Below are positions 1 to 11,199 of a DNA stretch of 64,000 bases, piece after piece; positions within the stretch are counted from its first letter, which is position 1; the number at the start of each line of letters is the position of its first letter. The stretch is taken from contig NC_087464.1 of the NCBI RefSeq assembly GCF_036321535.1, positions 22,630,001 through 22,694,000 on the forward strand, in the 5' to 3' direction. The notes beneath the pieces are model-generated. The model had not been told where the DNA came from. It worked only from the letters and a program-made list of their open reading frames with translations, and ran no database searches. The position numbers and the translations under genes are program-made. The stretch is from Camelus dromedarius. Lineage: Eukaryota.

Positions 1-1792
1 ATTTGGCTCCCACCACTATGCTATCTCTTCGCATCACCCATCTTGCCCTCTAATGAGTCCATCGTCCTCCCCTACCAGCAATCATGTTCTGGTATCTCCC
101 ATCCTTTAAAAATGCCTTCCTTAATTATGCTGAGTTTAAAAAAAAATTCAATCTCAGAAGTTTCTATACTGTATGATTCCATTTATAGAACACTCACAAA
201 ATAACAAAACTACAGAGATGGAAGACAAAGCAGTGGTAGCGCTGGGGGAGGGACAGTGTGGGAAGGGAGGGGTGTGTGGCAGCACAGAGAACCTTGCGGC
301 AATGGAACAGTTCTGTGTCTTGATTGTGGCGGGGTGGCGGTCACACAAAGCTATACATGCAATACAATTACACCGAACTGCACACATGCACACACTCCAC
401 ACACGAGTGCACATGTAACTAGAAAATCTGAATAAGGTCTGTGGATTGCACCAATGTCAAAGGCCTGGTTTGATCTTTGATGTGTATTAGAGCAACACAA
501 AACATCACTCCAGAGGGCGGCTGGGCGGAAGGTGTCCAGGGCTTCTCTATACATCCTTTGGACTTTCCTGTGACTCTCCTCCCTCCAGCCCCCACTCTGT
601 TTCTCTTCTCTTCTTCACAAAATTTCTAGGAAGAGTCAACGACACCCTTTCTCCCTTCTCTCTCCATTCATTATCCTCAGCCCACTTTAAACTGGATTTG
701 TTCACCCCTTCACATTTCTCTCATCCCAGCCCCCCATGACCTCCCTGCTGTCAAAGGCAATGGCGGCGTCTGTCTCCATCTTACCCACCTTCACAGCATC
801 CTCAACCATGGCCGACTTTGCCCTTCTTTTCGGAACCCTCTTCTTAGCTTCTGAGCTGCCACACCAACCTGGCTTTCCTCGCTCTCCCTGAATATGCCCC
901 GCCAGCCTCCCGTGCCCTCTTTCACCTCCGCCAACTCTCCACATTGCTGAGCCCACGGCCCAGGCCTGGACCCTCTCTCTCCAGCATCCACATCTCATCC
1001 TGGGAGGTCTGCACTATGTCTATAAACACCACCTACAGCTGCTGGTTCCCATCTCCCCGTCTTCTGCTCAACCCTCTCCCTGAGCTCCAGGCTGTGAATC
1101 CAACCATCAGTGGACATTTCTGCTCCAAGAGGTAGTCAGAACCAAACCCCTACCTGAGGCCAATCCCAAACCTCCACTGGTCCTCCTCATCTCAGAAAAT
1201 GACCACAGGGGCTCAAGCCAGGAATCAAGGGGTCCTCCTTGCCTCCTTCACGTCCCTCTTCCAACCCCTAGTTATGCCTCTACAACAGGTCTGTAATTCT
1301 CTCCCTCTCTCCATCACCACAGCTACAACTTTGGCCCAAGCCTCCATCACTTCTGGGTTATGCCTTTTCCCCTCTTGGCCCCTCCTACAGCAGCCAGAGA
1401 GCTCTTTTAAAATCATGTATCAAATCAGTCACTCCTCTGTTGAACCCATCGAGAGTGAGCTGGTCATTGCTCCTTGAAAACATCTCAGCTTCTCCCCACA
1501 GCCCCAGATTCCCATGCAAATACCCTCACTTGGGGCCCCTCCCCATTGCCACACAGCCTCCTCTTCCCCACTCAGAGCTCTCTCTCAGGTGCTGCCTCAC
1601 CTGAGGTGCGGGCTGGGCCTCATCTCACAGGTGTCCCCCTTCATCCCATCACTGCACCATTAGCAATTTCAAATTCCCTGTTTGCCTTTATTTTGTTAGT
1701 GTCGTCCTTACTGAGGAAGGAGACTGAGGGGGTTTGCACATCAGTGCCTGGTGCATAGTAGGTGCTCAGTAATGCTTGCTGAGTGAATGGAT
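1..1792 (+). mobile_element. L2 LINE (ORF2 remnant to 3' end), interrupted by an L1 insertion at about 121-577
   Basis: Pyrimidine-rich L2-like body ending in the typical L2 terminus cagtgcctggtgcatagtaggtgctcagtaatgcttgctgagtgaatggat (about 1742-1792); the L2 text resumes after base 577. Confidence 0.8.
121..577 (+). mobile_element. L1M (L1MC/L1MD-type) 3' end fragment nested in L2
   Basis: Hallmark L1M 3'UTR motifs: tactgtatgattccatttatagaacactc, atggaacagttctgtgtcttgattgtgg, aaatctgaataaggtctgtggattgcaccaatgtcaa. Confidence 0.85.
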
Positions 1793-1904
1793 AGAGCTCC
1801 CTGGTCTCCTCCCCCCAGCAGCATCCTCCCACCCCTGACGAGGCTGGCTCGCCTGCACATGGGGGAGGGTGTACATCTATAAATATCCACATGCTCCACT
1901 CTCC

Positions 1905-2075
1905 CCAAAACAGTAACTGATACCCAGATGACTCGACGACATGATAATTTCCCCACGTCTTGCTGGAACGGCTTCCAGCGGTAAAAGTTTGCTGTTTTAT
2001 GGCCCCAAGAAGACATCACCCGTAATGTGCTAAAATTATAACCTAGTAGACTCATCTGTTTAAGTACTCTGGAAA
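1905..2075. promoter_or_regulatory. Candidate conserved non-coding element/enhancer
   Basis: Non-repeat AT-richer island with retained CpGs; TTTTATGGCC (CDX/posterior HOX-type) at 1995-2004, plus ATAATT and AAATTATAA. Confidence 0.4.
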
Positions 2076-2509
2076 CCAAATACTTGGGGCTGAGCTCTAT
2101 TCCGGATTGCCCTGGGTGCCAGTGGTGGACCTGGCTGTGTGGGACACCAAATGCACCAGAGCTTGGCGCAGACTATTCTACAGGGTGACTGTGGGATGTG
2201 GTGGTGTCGTGCATCATGTCTGGCACACTGCAGGCACTCAATATGGGGCACGTTCCATTCCTTTCACACATCAGTGGGGCACTGGGAGGAGATGGTGCAG
2301 CCTACTCAGTGTGGGCCCAGCAGGCAGGGCATGGCTGAGGGGGCGTGGGGTGTATGTATGAGGGATGAGTTATAGCAACTGGATTTTGGCTGAGCCTGAG
2401 TGGAACCATATGAAAATGGGATGAACTGTCCAGACAGGGTAGGACATCGTAGCTGGAGGGCTGGGATTGGCTGCCCTTCTCCAGCCTTGCAGCGCTGGGA
2501 CTTGAGTCA

Positions 2510-2690
2510 CGAGTAGAGTAGAGCTTCGGGGTCAAACAGGCACTTGTTCAAATCCCACCTCTGCTACAGACAGCTTGGGTGACCCTGGGCAAGTCACATC
2601 TCAGTGCTCAGATGCAGTTTCCTCATCTTCTCAGAGACAAGATGTATGCATGCAGTATGTGCCTACCAAATGTTAGTCCTTCCCCTCCTT
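2510..2690 (+). mobile_element. MIR SINE
   Basis: ttcaaatcccacctctgctacagacagcttgggtgaccctgggcaagtcacat...cagtttcctcatct is the MIR core. Confidence 0.75.
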
Positions 2691-2968
2691 GTTTCCCTCT
2701 GAATCAATGTAAGCACATCTATCTGTGCCACTCTCCAAATACCCTTCCTGCCCTTGCCCAACAGGTGCCCAGGTCCACCCTCCTGTCTACCTACTGAGAC
2801 CTAGTACAGGCACTACTTCCTCCAGAAAGCCACCCCAGGCTGCTCTCATAGACCCTTGGCTCCTCCTCACTTCAGGGCTGTGGTTCACACCAGGTGTTGG
2901 AGGCTGGTGGTTCTGGGCACTGCATCTCTGTTGTCTCGTGGTCAGTGGATTGGGGGAGGGGAGCATGC

Positions 2969-2972
<4 letters not shown>

Positions 2973-3008
<36 letters not shown>
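2973..3008 (+). repeat. (TG)18 microsatellite
   Basis: Direct count of perfect TG units. Confidence 0.97.
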
Positions 3009-3010
<2 letters not shown>

Positions 3011-3014
3011 TTAA

Positions 3015-3170
3015 GCAATAATGACAGCAAACACTTACTATGTACTTATTACATTGCACTTACTATGTACCAGGCACCTTATAGGCAAATAACTCATTTA
3101 ATCTGTACATGACAAAGCCAGAACTGCACCCAGGCAGTGTGATCCCCAGAATCTGTGCTCTTAACCTCGA
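3015..3170 (-). mobile_element. MIR SINE fragment
   Basis: cacttactatgtaccaggcacc...aactcatttaatct...ccagaactgcacccaggcagtgtgatccccagaatctgtgctcttaacc is reverse-strand MIR. Confidence 0.7.
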
Positions 3171-3779
3171 CCTGCACTATTCAGCCTCTCAGTGCACATG
3201 TGATTCCCCACTGTGGGCTCCTTCACAAGTCCTGCAGAGGGTCAGGGGTCATCCTAGGTGAACAGTGGTGGTGCTTCATGACCCTGGAGGCCATGACACA
3301 TGCATAAATACACACACACACACACAGATGCAGGCATTAGTGAACACTTGCAGACGCATGCACACAAAAGGAGTGAGGAGCCATCACTACTAGTCCCACT
3401 GCCTCAGAGTCCCTCACCTCTCCCCTCCTCAAGCCACTGTGGGCGAGGGAGGAAAAGGGGTAACCTCAGGCACTGCCCACCTCTGCTGTCAAGTCTGTCC
3501 TAGATGTTAAAATCAAATCCTGGTCTGTCCATGGGGTGAGATCCCTTTATGTAAGTGGTGACCTGGAGGCGAGGGCTGAGCACTCCTTAAGTCACACAGC
3601 AAATCAGGGCAAAACCGGGCCAGTGCCCAGGCCTAGAAAGCTCCCAACAAATGCTTTCTTACACCACCCCAGGGTCCCCTCCACAATCCCCAACTCCAGA
3701 CATCTCCCCTATTCCTGCTTGCTTTGAGCAGGACAGAAATTATAGCAGAGATGAAGAGGAAAAGGGGAAACAAGAGCAA

Positions 3780-4260
3780 GAAGGAGAGAGACTCAGGAGA
3801 GGAGAGGAGAGGAGGGGAGCGGTGGGAAAGCCTGAGCAGCGGGCTGCAGGGGGCCCGGCGCGGCTCACCAGCCCCCGTCGCCCAAAGCTGCCTGCCTCGG
3901 AAAGGAGTGCAGCGAGGCGAGGGTTANNNNNNNNNNNNNNNNNNNNNNNNNNNNNNNNNNNNNNNNNNNNNNNNNNNNNNNNNNNNNNNNNNNNNNNNNN
4001 NNNNNNNNNNNNNNNNNNNNNNNNNNNNNNNNNNNNNNNNNNNNNNNNNNNNNNNNNNNNNNNNNNNNNNNNNNNNNNNNNNNNNNNNNNNNNNNNNNNN
4101 NNNNNNNNNNNNNNGCCCCCTAGGCAGGCTGAGGTGGGGGTGGCAGGCCCAGGTCCCAGCCGGCCTGTGGGGCCACCGCACGCAGGCAGGAGCCGCTGTG
4201 TCTCCTGAGGGGAGCGGGTGTTCCTGCCCAGAAGTGGCGCCCTGGGAGGCGCACAGTGCC
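3780..4260 (-). promoter_or_regulatory. CpG-rich candidate promoter/non-coding exon, core hidden by a gap
   Basis: About 10 CpGs in 3820-3926 and about 7 in 4114-4260 flank a 187-bp gap; minus-strand donor CTG|GTGAGC with exon end at 3869. Confidence 0.5.
3927..4113. other. Assembly gap (187 N)
   Basis: Run of N. Confidence 0.99.
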
Positions 4261-4743
4261 TGAAACCCCTCCATTAGCACACCACGTCTTAGGGGTCGCA
4301 ATGGCCTTGTCTTTGAAAACACATTCCCTCTCAGTAGACGGACAGCCCTGGAGCCTGTCAGATAACGGGGCCAGGGGGAGAGAAAGGGAAGGGGAGGCAG
4401 ACAGACCACGAGGGCTTAGCTGACTTCCACCTGAGTCTGCGTGTTGGTGGGAAGAGGAAGGGGCAGCCCTGGGAGCCTGGGGCAAGGGCGCCTTCTGTGC
4501 CAGGGCCCAGGCTGCTCTGTGGGAAGGGAGCCCCAGTAGACAGCCCCCCACCCCCATCCCAGGCCCTGTTCAGTGTTGCTCAGACCCCACGCCCATCCCG
4601 GGTTTGGGTGGGCCATGTAGGGAGGGCCCCCCCCCAGCCACAGCTGGGCATCACGGGGGTAGTGGACAAGGAGGGTCCCAGCTCTGTCCTCAGCACATCT
4701 GAGCCGTGGCATCACAGGGCAGGTGATACAGCCCATCCTCTCC

Positions 4744-4753
4744 CCATATAAGG
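4744..4753. promoter_or_regulatory. Perfect CArG box CCATATAAGG (SRF consensus)
   Basis: Matches CC(A/T)6GG; about 630 bp from the CpG-rich gap. Confidence 0.3.
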
Positions 4754-4959
4754 ACTGCAGGCCCAGAGGGCTGCCAGTGGGGCCCAAGTCCTGCCTGGAA
4801 GCCAGCACCCGAGAGGATATTTGCTAGCAACTTGAGAGATGGTGCCATCCCTCCCCAGTGGGCTGGCTCCCAGCACAAGGATTTGTCAACATCTGCTAGA
4901 TGGCTCCCCTCTTCCAGGCCCAAGGAGGGGCCTTGCCTGGTCCCTCCACTCACACACAG

Positions 4960-5262
4960 ACCTACATGGAAGGCACACATGTGAACACGCAGGGGCAGAA
5001 CCACACACACACGCGCGTTAAACAGCCACAAGTACACATGCGCATGCTCGTGGCTGTGTGTACTCAGGAGCACTCCCCACACACGTACACATGTGCAAGT
5101 ACATGTCTGCACGTGCACATATGTGTCCACATGTGTATGTGCACCTGATAATATGCACGTGTATACATGCCCACACACCTGTTTTGATTCATGGGTCCTC
5201 ACACATATTGCATAGGCATGTGGGCACACACATACATGTGTGAGTGCCCACACCCATGTACA
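4960..5262. repeat. Degenerate purine-pyrimidine alternating (CA/TG) low-complexity tract
   Basis: Repeated cacatg/tgcacgtgca/cacatatgtg units with many short palindromes. Confidence 0.8.
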
Positions 5263-5341
5263 CAGGCAAGCCTCTGGACCCCAATATCAGGCTCTAAAGA
5301 TGCAGGCCAGGAGCTAGCATGCAGGGTTCTCTGGAGAGAAC

Positions 5342-5430
5342 CCTGAGTCAGAAGACCTGGGCTCTGTGCCTTCCTCAGACGCTGGCTCCAAGCTGTGTGA
5401 CCTTGGAAAAGCCCCTGCCCTTCCTGGTCC
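5342..5430 (+). mobile_element. MIR SINE fragment
   Basis: gagtcagaagacctgggctctg...gctgtgtgaccttggaaaag. Confidence 0.7.
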
Positions 5431-6354
5431 ACGTGCTCTGTGGGCTACAGGAGCCTCGCTGACTGCAACAGGTTGTTTCTCAACCAGGCAGCACATGAGA
5501 GGAGCCCATCAGCTTGTTTCCTCATTCCCAGCAGCAAGCGAAGCCAGGACTGGGCTGCGGGCAGAGGGGAGCAGGGAGATGGACAGGGCCCCAGTCTGTG
5601 TTTGGGGGGCAGGGCCTGGGTTGGCATGAGCAGAACGGGAGCCAAAGTCCTCAGTAAATGAGAAGCATGGCCAGGGTGCTGACAGCGACAGCAACTTGGG
5701 GAGGGGGTGTCTATGAGACAGCAGGGAGGATGAGGGGCAGGCAGCTCTCCAGTGCCAGGCCTCACCGCTGCAGCATCTGCTTTAACCCCCTCCTCTCTGC
5801 CTCCTCTAGACAGCCAGCCTCCAGCCTTGCCTGTGCTCCTCGGGCTCTGACCCGTGCTGAGCAGCTAACAGGACTGGGATGGTTGGGTGTGAATGCAATA
5901 GGGAACCCCACCAGGTCTCCTCCCAGCGCCAGGGACACTTCTGCTCCGGGCCTCTGTGACCTCATTGCTACTCAGTCCTTTCAGAAGGAGATGGTGGTCA
6001 GTTGAGATGACCCCTTTCTTATTTGGGACCCTTCTCCATACAAGACCATCCATCCCCACCCTCCAATCCTCATGGGCTTTGACAAAGTCACAGGGCGCCA
6101 GAACCACAACAGTCCTCTCCAGACCAGGGTTGACGACTCAGACACCTCCCAAGTCAGGCTGTAAAGAAAATGGGGCGGGGGTAGAAATGGAAGCAGCCAA
6201 CATTCAGCCCCACCCAGGGCTTCCTGCAGACGTAGGGCTCCCGGCTTCTAACTTCTCAAGTGAGGCCAGAAAAGCTGATTTTGATGGTAAGCTTCCCAGT
6301 GCTTTCCAAAATTGGTAGGCTGAGATTTTTACCACACTCTGTGGCTGGAATTTA

Positions 6355-6693
6355 CTCACTCTCTCACACGTGCATGTGGTCACACTCACCCTTACACACA
6401 TATACACACTCATATTCACACACATGCAAACACATAAATAAACACACAATTGCACACAAAAACACATACACACTCATATATACACTCACACACATAAATG
6501 CACTCACAGACACATATAATCACACTCATACACACTCCTACACACATACATGTACTGACACATGCACACATATACACACTCATACACACAGAGAAACACA
6601 CACATATACACTCATACACTCACACTCACAAGTACATACACACATTTTCACATAAACACACACACACAAACACACACGCACACGCACGCATGC
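6355..6693 (+). repeat. Degenerate (CA)n-rich simple repeat, about 340 bp
   Basis: Continuous acacac/acatac/acactc units; source of the His/Thr and Val/Cys ORFs in the track. Confidence 0.9.
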
Positions 6694-7119
6694 GCCTCTG
6701 GGGCAGATTCTGCCCCTGGGCAGCATCTGTGATCTCTGGTCTGGGCAGAGGTGAGGACTCGAGGCTGAGATAGTGAGGCCAGGCTCAGAGTCACACAAGG
6801 TGTCAGTGGAGGAATGCAGAATTCTGTCATCAGGGCCCCTGCTCTCTTTCATTTCCAGCTCAGCTTCCCTGGGAGTGGGAGACAGGTGTTACCCCACCTC
6901 CCCTCCTGCCTTCCCTCCCTCTGTCCCTCCCTCACTCCATCTCTCATCCTGCACATCAACAACTACCCCCACTTTATCAGGGAACATCCCCTGCTCCTTA
7001 CCCCCAGCTAACCCTCCTTCCCCGACTCTCCCCACTCCCATCCACCAAGGCCAGGATGGGGGCACCCCTGAGCTCACCCCTCAATTCTAGAACCACTCCT
7101 GGCCCAGGCACCTCTTTCC

Positions 7120-7235
7120 CCTATATGTAATTTTACTTAATTGGGAGCTCATTAATTATCCCTATGTTTTCCAGAGGAAATAAACAGCAATTAGAGAAAT
7201 AAGTGGTATTTTTATTCTCCAGCAGACTCAGCAGC
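7120..7235. promoter_or_regulatory. Candidate homeodomain/forkhead enhancer (CNE-like)
   Basis: AT-rich island: TAATTG 7138, TAATTA 7153, TAAACA 7181, CAATTA. Confidence 0.5.
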
Positions 7236-7411
7236 ACGGTGCCCCATCCCCGCCCCTGATGGCCAGTCCAGCCACCTGCCAGGTCGGCTCTCCTGCCCTC
7301 TCTCCCTGCATCCATCCCCACATGTGGGTGAGCAAAGTGCCTGCCACCAGGCCACCCAGCAGCAGGTCGCCTCTTGAAATCTGCGTGAAGAATCATAAAT
7401 TGCTAAGAAAG

Positions 7412-7615
7412 NNNNNNNNNNNNNNNNNNNNNNNNNNNNNNNNNNNNNNNNNNNNNNNNNNNNNNNNNNNNNNNNNNNNNNNNNNNNNNNNNNNNNNNNN
7501 NNNNNNNNNNNNNNNNNNNNNNNNNNNNNNNNNNNNNNNNNNNNNNNNNNNNNNNNNNNNNNNNNNNNNNNNNNNNNNNNNNNNNNNNNNNNNNNNNNNN
7601 NNNNNNNNNNNNNNN
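7412..7615. other. Assembly gap (204 N)
   Basis: Run of N. Confidence 0.99.
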
Positions 7616-7984
7616 TTTTCTCTCACTCCCTTCCCTTCTCGGGCACCCACTCCTCCCTAGGTTAGATCTCAAAGTGAAGACAAGGCAGATGTCACACCTT
7701 CAGCACAGTCATGCTCTCACACCCTGGCTGTCTCTTGAGCTGCATTTCAGAGAGGGAGCAGCTGCGAGCCAGTGGGCTGTGCACCACGACCCTCTCCCAC
7801 ATCCCATCCCTCAGAAGGGCCTCCCCACCTCCTAGGGAAGGAAGGAGACCCACCTCCAAAGGCACCCCCCTGAACCGCTGCTGGATGACAAGTCCTTGTC
7901 CCTCCCGGACACCTGCAGGGACTTTCCTGGGTCAGCAGGCCCAGAAGGAATAACTGGGGAGAACAGACAGTGAGGGGGCATCCC

Positions 7985-8645
7985 AGACCATCACCCTGGT
8001 CCAAGCCACCAGCTCCTCCAACCTGCATGCTCACCTTCACCCCTGAGCTACCTCTCCAATCCACTCTTAACCCAAATTCAAGCCATTTCCCCACATAACA
8101 GCCAGAAATCTGTTCATACCACAAATTTAAGTGTGTAACCCTCGTCATCCCAACTTAAATCCCTTCATGGCCCTCACCGAGGCCTGGCCCAGCCCCTTCA
8201 GCCACAACTCCCAGCACACATCTCTGGGCTTCCTCCACTCCAGCCACACTGGCCTTTCCTCAGCCTTTTCAGCTCACGTGCTGTTCCCTCTGTCTGCTGC
8301 TCTCATCCCTCCAGTCATCACCTCCCACCCTCTCAGCTCATCTGTTCATCCTGCAGGGCTCAGCTTGTGTGTCACCTCCTCAAGGAAGCCCTCATTGACC
8401 TCCCCAACCTGGTCCATCCCCTCTTAAATCCTCTCACAGCACCGCACATCTGCCCCTTGGTAGTGCGTACCCAGTGGCCTAACAACAGCACAGTGATTCA
8501 TTTAGCTTTAGTCTCCTCCGCTCAACTACAGGCTTCATGAAGCAGCTAGACACTTTATTTTTTTGTTTTGCTTGTTCACTGTTGTGTCCCCAGTGCCCAT
8601 CACAGCGCTTGGCTTGTGGCAGATGCTTAAGAAATACTCATGGAA
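7985..8645 (+). mobile_element. L2 LINE 3' portion
   Basis: ccatcaccctggtccaagccacc...tcacctcctcaaggaagccctc...ttgttcactgttgtgtccccagtgcccatcacagcgcttggc...gatgcttaagaaatac. Confidence 0.8.
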
Positions 8646-9299
8646 GGAAAAAAGGAAGAGAGGGAAGAGGGAGCCCCTGTCCAGGGCACCATCCAGGAGA
8701 TCGTCACAGCCCCTGTGTCTGCTGAGGGCATGTCTAGGAGGAGGTAAAGGGCCACCTCAACAAACTCTGAGACTCTCCCCTCCCCTCATCCCACCTGGGC
8801 ATCACTCTCCCCGTCTTACAGATTTGAACACTAAGGCCCAGAGAGAGGCGGGACGTGCCTAAGGGGACGGTGAACCAGAGCAAGAGTCGGGCCCTGAGAA
8901 TGTCTGTTTGAGGAGGGATGAGAAGGGAGGAGAGACACACAGGAGTACCCACTGTGGGTACAGTGTCCCCCTCGGGCTTGGGGACCTGAGAACTGCTGGG
9001 GGCAACTCTCAGGATGCATGACGTTGGATTTTCATCCCCTAGGCTGGGCCTCAGCTTCCCTATCTGTGAGATGGGCAGCCTGGAGCAGGTAGCTTCCTCT
9101 GTCCTCCACCCAAGACCCCCATTCCACCCCAGCCTGACATCTAACACCCCCAAATCTTCAGACGGCTCTCCTCCTCCCCCTGCAGAGCAGGAGATGCTGC
9201 CAAATGCACCTGCTCACCAAGTACTTGCCACCCTCCGTGGCCAGCCAAGGAGAGCGAAGCTGGGAGCACACCAGCACCTGCTGGGCGGCACATGCGTAG

Positions 9300-9445
9300 G
9301 TGACACCACGGTGTATTTTACCCCGACATGCTGTAGTTTCCTCCCTGAAAAGGTGCTTATTTTATAGTACATCTTAAATAGGAGCCGCAAAGTGTATTGT
9401 CAGCGCTTTTTAAATGGCTTGTTAATGCCTCCGTAAAGCTCAGTG
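9300..9445. promoter_or_regulatory. Candidate CNE-like AT-rich island
   Basis: Non-repeat segment with cttattttatagtacatcttaaatagg, gtattgtcagcgctttttaaatgg, ttaatg and retained CpGs. Confidence 0.3.
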
Positions 9446-9644
9446 CTGGCCGGAGGAGACAGCTCATTCCTGGCCTGGTGCAGCCTCTCTGCAGCCTGCG
9501 CTCTGAGCACACACTGGTGCTGAGCCTTGGCTGGCCTCTGGCATTGCCAAAACGCCCAGGAACTGGACACTCCCCAACGAAAATATGCTCAGAGCCCTGC
9601 TGGGGCCACAAGACTTGGCAACTCTTTAGGAATGGTGGGTCGGG

Positions 9645-9850
9645 GAGCAGACTTCAGAGGAATGAGAACTGGCTTTGTAGTCAGGTAGCCCAGGTTCAAA
9701 TCCCTTGTTGGCCACTTAATCAGCTGTGTGACCTCAGGCCAGTGACCAAATCTCTCTGGGCCCCAAGTTGCCTCATCTATAAAATGGCAGTGCTAACTCC
9801 TACCTCAGGACTGTTTTGAAGAGTGAATCAGGCAATAAATAACAAGTGCC
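9645..9850 (+). mobile_element. MIR SINE, near full length
   Basis: cccaggttcaaatccc...gctgtgtgacctcaggccagtgac...cctcatctataaaatggcag. Confidence 0.85.
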
Positions 9851-9859
9851 AGTAACGTT

Positions 9860-10092
9860 CGATTTTTAAGGTGTGGATGGCATTATGGTTGTTTTTTGAA
9901 GTCCTTACTTTTTAGAGATATACACTGAAACATTTATGGATAAAATTATACGATGTCAAAATAACCCAGTGGTGGCGGGGAGTGGGTGGGTACAGAGGAA
10001 ACCAGTCTGGCTATGAGTTGGTGCTCGCTGATGAGAATGTGGGGTTCAGTAAACTAGTCTCTCCGCTTCAGACAGGTTGACATTTTCACACT
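9860..10092 (+). mobile_element. L1M (L1MC/L1ME-type) 3' end fragment
   Basis: gtccttactttttagagatatacactgaaacatttatggataaaattatacgatgtc...tggctatgagttg...tggggttcagtaaactagtctctc. Confidence 0.8.
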
Positions 10093-10349
10093 GAACCATC
10101 ACACAGGCATCTACTGGGTGTTCATTAAATCCAGGGGTGTACTCTCCCAGCCTCAGAAGCCTTGGGCTCCTTGTGCAGCAAGATGCAGAGACAGGCGGCA
10201 GGAAGACAATGTACAGCACCAGGAAGGAACACGGGACGAGGGGGCTGAGTCTTCACAGAGGATCCCCAGAGGCTCCTGCTGTCCACAGAAGGGGAGACAG
10301 GCAGGTCAGGGGCCCCTTTAACCCCTCACCTGGGACTTGGGATGCCAGG

Positions 10350-10520
10350 GGAGTCAGGCAGCCTCTGTTTCAGGTCTGCTGTCACAGCTGTGTGACCCAG
10401 GGACCATGGCTTTCCCTCTCTGAGCTCCAGGTTCCCATCATTATAATGAGGGTGGCAATACCCCACCCCACTAGACCCTACCCATGTAGTGGGAGCCTTC
10501 CTGAGGCAGGTGCTTAAACT
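10350..10520 (+). mobile_element. MIR SINE
   Basis: cagctgtgtgacccaggg...ttccctctctgagctccaggttcccatcattataatgaggg. Confidence 0.65.
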
Positions 10521-11199
10521 CCCTTAATCACCCTCAGACTGGCCCCGCCTTCCTCTACAAATTTAAATACAATTGTCTTCAGCTACTGAAGCCTGGGGTG
10601 GGCAGGCCAGCTTCATACTGGGCACAGGGAAGCAGATCTGGTAAGAGTTAGCCCCGCCTTCTGGAAGCTCTCAGGGGAAAAGTCATTTTCTAAACTATGC
10701 TGTACCCGGCAAAGCCTCAGGAAAGGGGGCTGAGAGGACTGCAGGCCTCGGGAAAAGAGGGTCTCGTGGCCAGGATGAAGGCAAGGGTGACAGGACGACA
10801 GCGACAGGGCCTGACTTAGTGAGTGCTGTCCACCTGCCGAAACCGGGGCACGGGCTTCGCTGCACCTCTTCTTCCATCCTCACCACCGCCCACCAGGAGC
10901 ACGGTACCTTCGTCCCCCTGTAGCTGAGAAAATCAAGGCTCAGAGGGAGATGTCACAGCAAGAGAGTGCAGGGCCAAGCCTGAACCCTGCGACCCAAGTC
11001 CAAGGCCCAACAGGGCTGGGAGACGCTGGGGACACCTGGGCCTCCCAAGGGGCCAGGAGCAGAAAGTGCCGAGTCTGGGAGCCTGTGGCCCCTCTCCAGT
11101 CCTCAGTTTCTTCACCTGTGAAATGGAGGCAGGGAGACCCCAGCCCCACCCAGTGGGCACCAGGGGAAGGTGGCATGGGGTGGGGAGGAGGCCACATCC

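Noticed and set aside
3651-4409. ORFs spanning N-gaps (also at about 7.3, 13.8, 21.3, 56.0 and 59.3 kb)
   Set aside because: Their length is inflated by X residues from the gaps.
6306-6315. CArG CCAAAATTGG
   Set aside because: Isolated; about 3 CArG boxes are expected by chance in the window.
6204-6852. His/Thr-rich and Val/Cys-rich ORFs
   Set aside because: Translation of CA/TG simple repeats.
7228-7239. TCAGCAGCACGG as an RE1
   Set aside because: Imperfect left half only; no GACAG right half.
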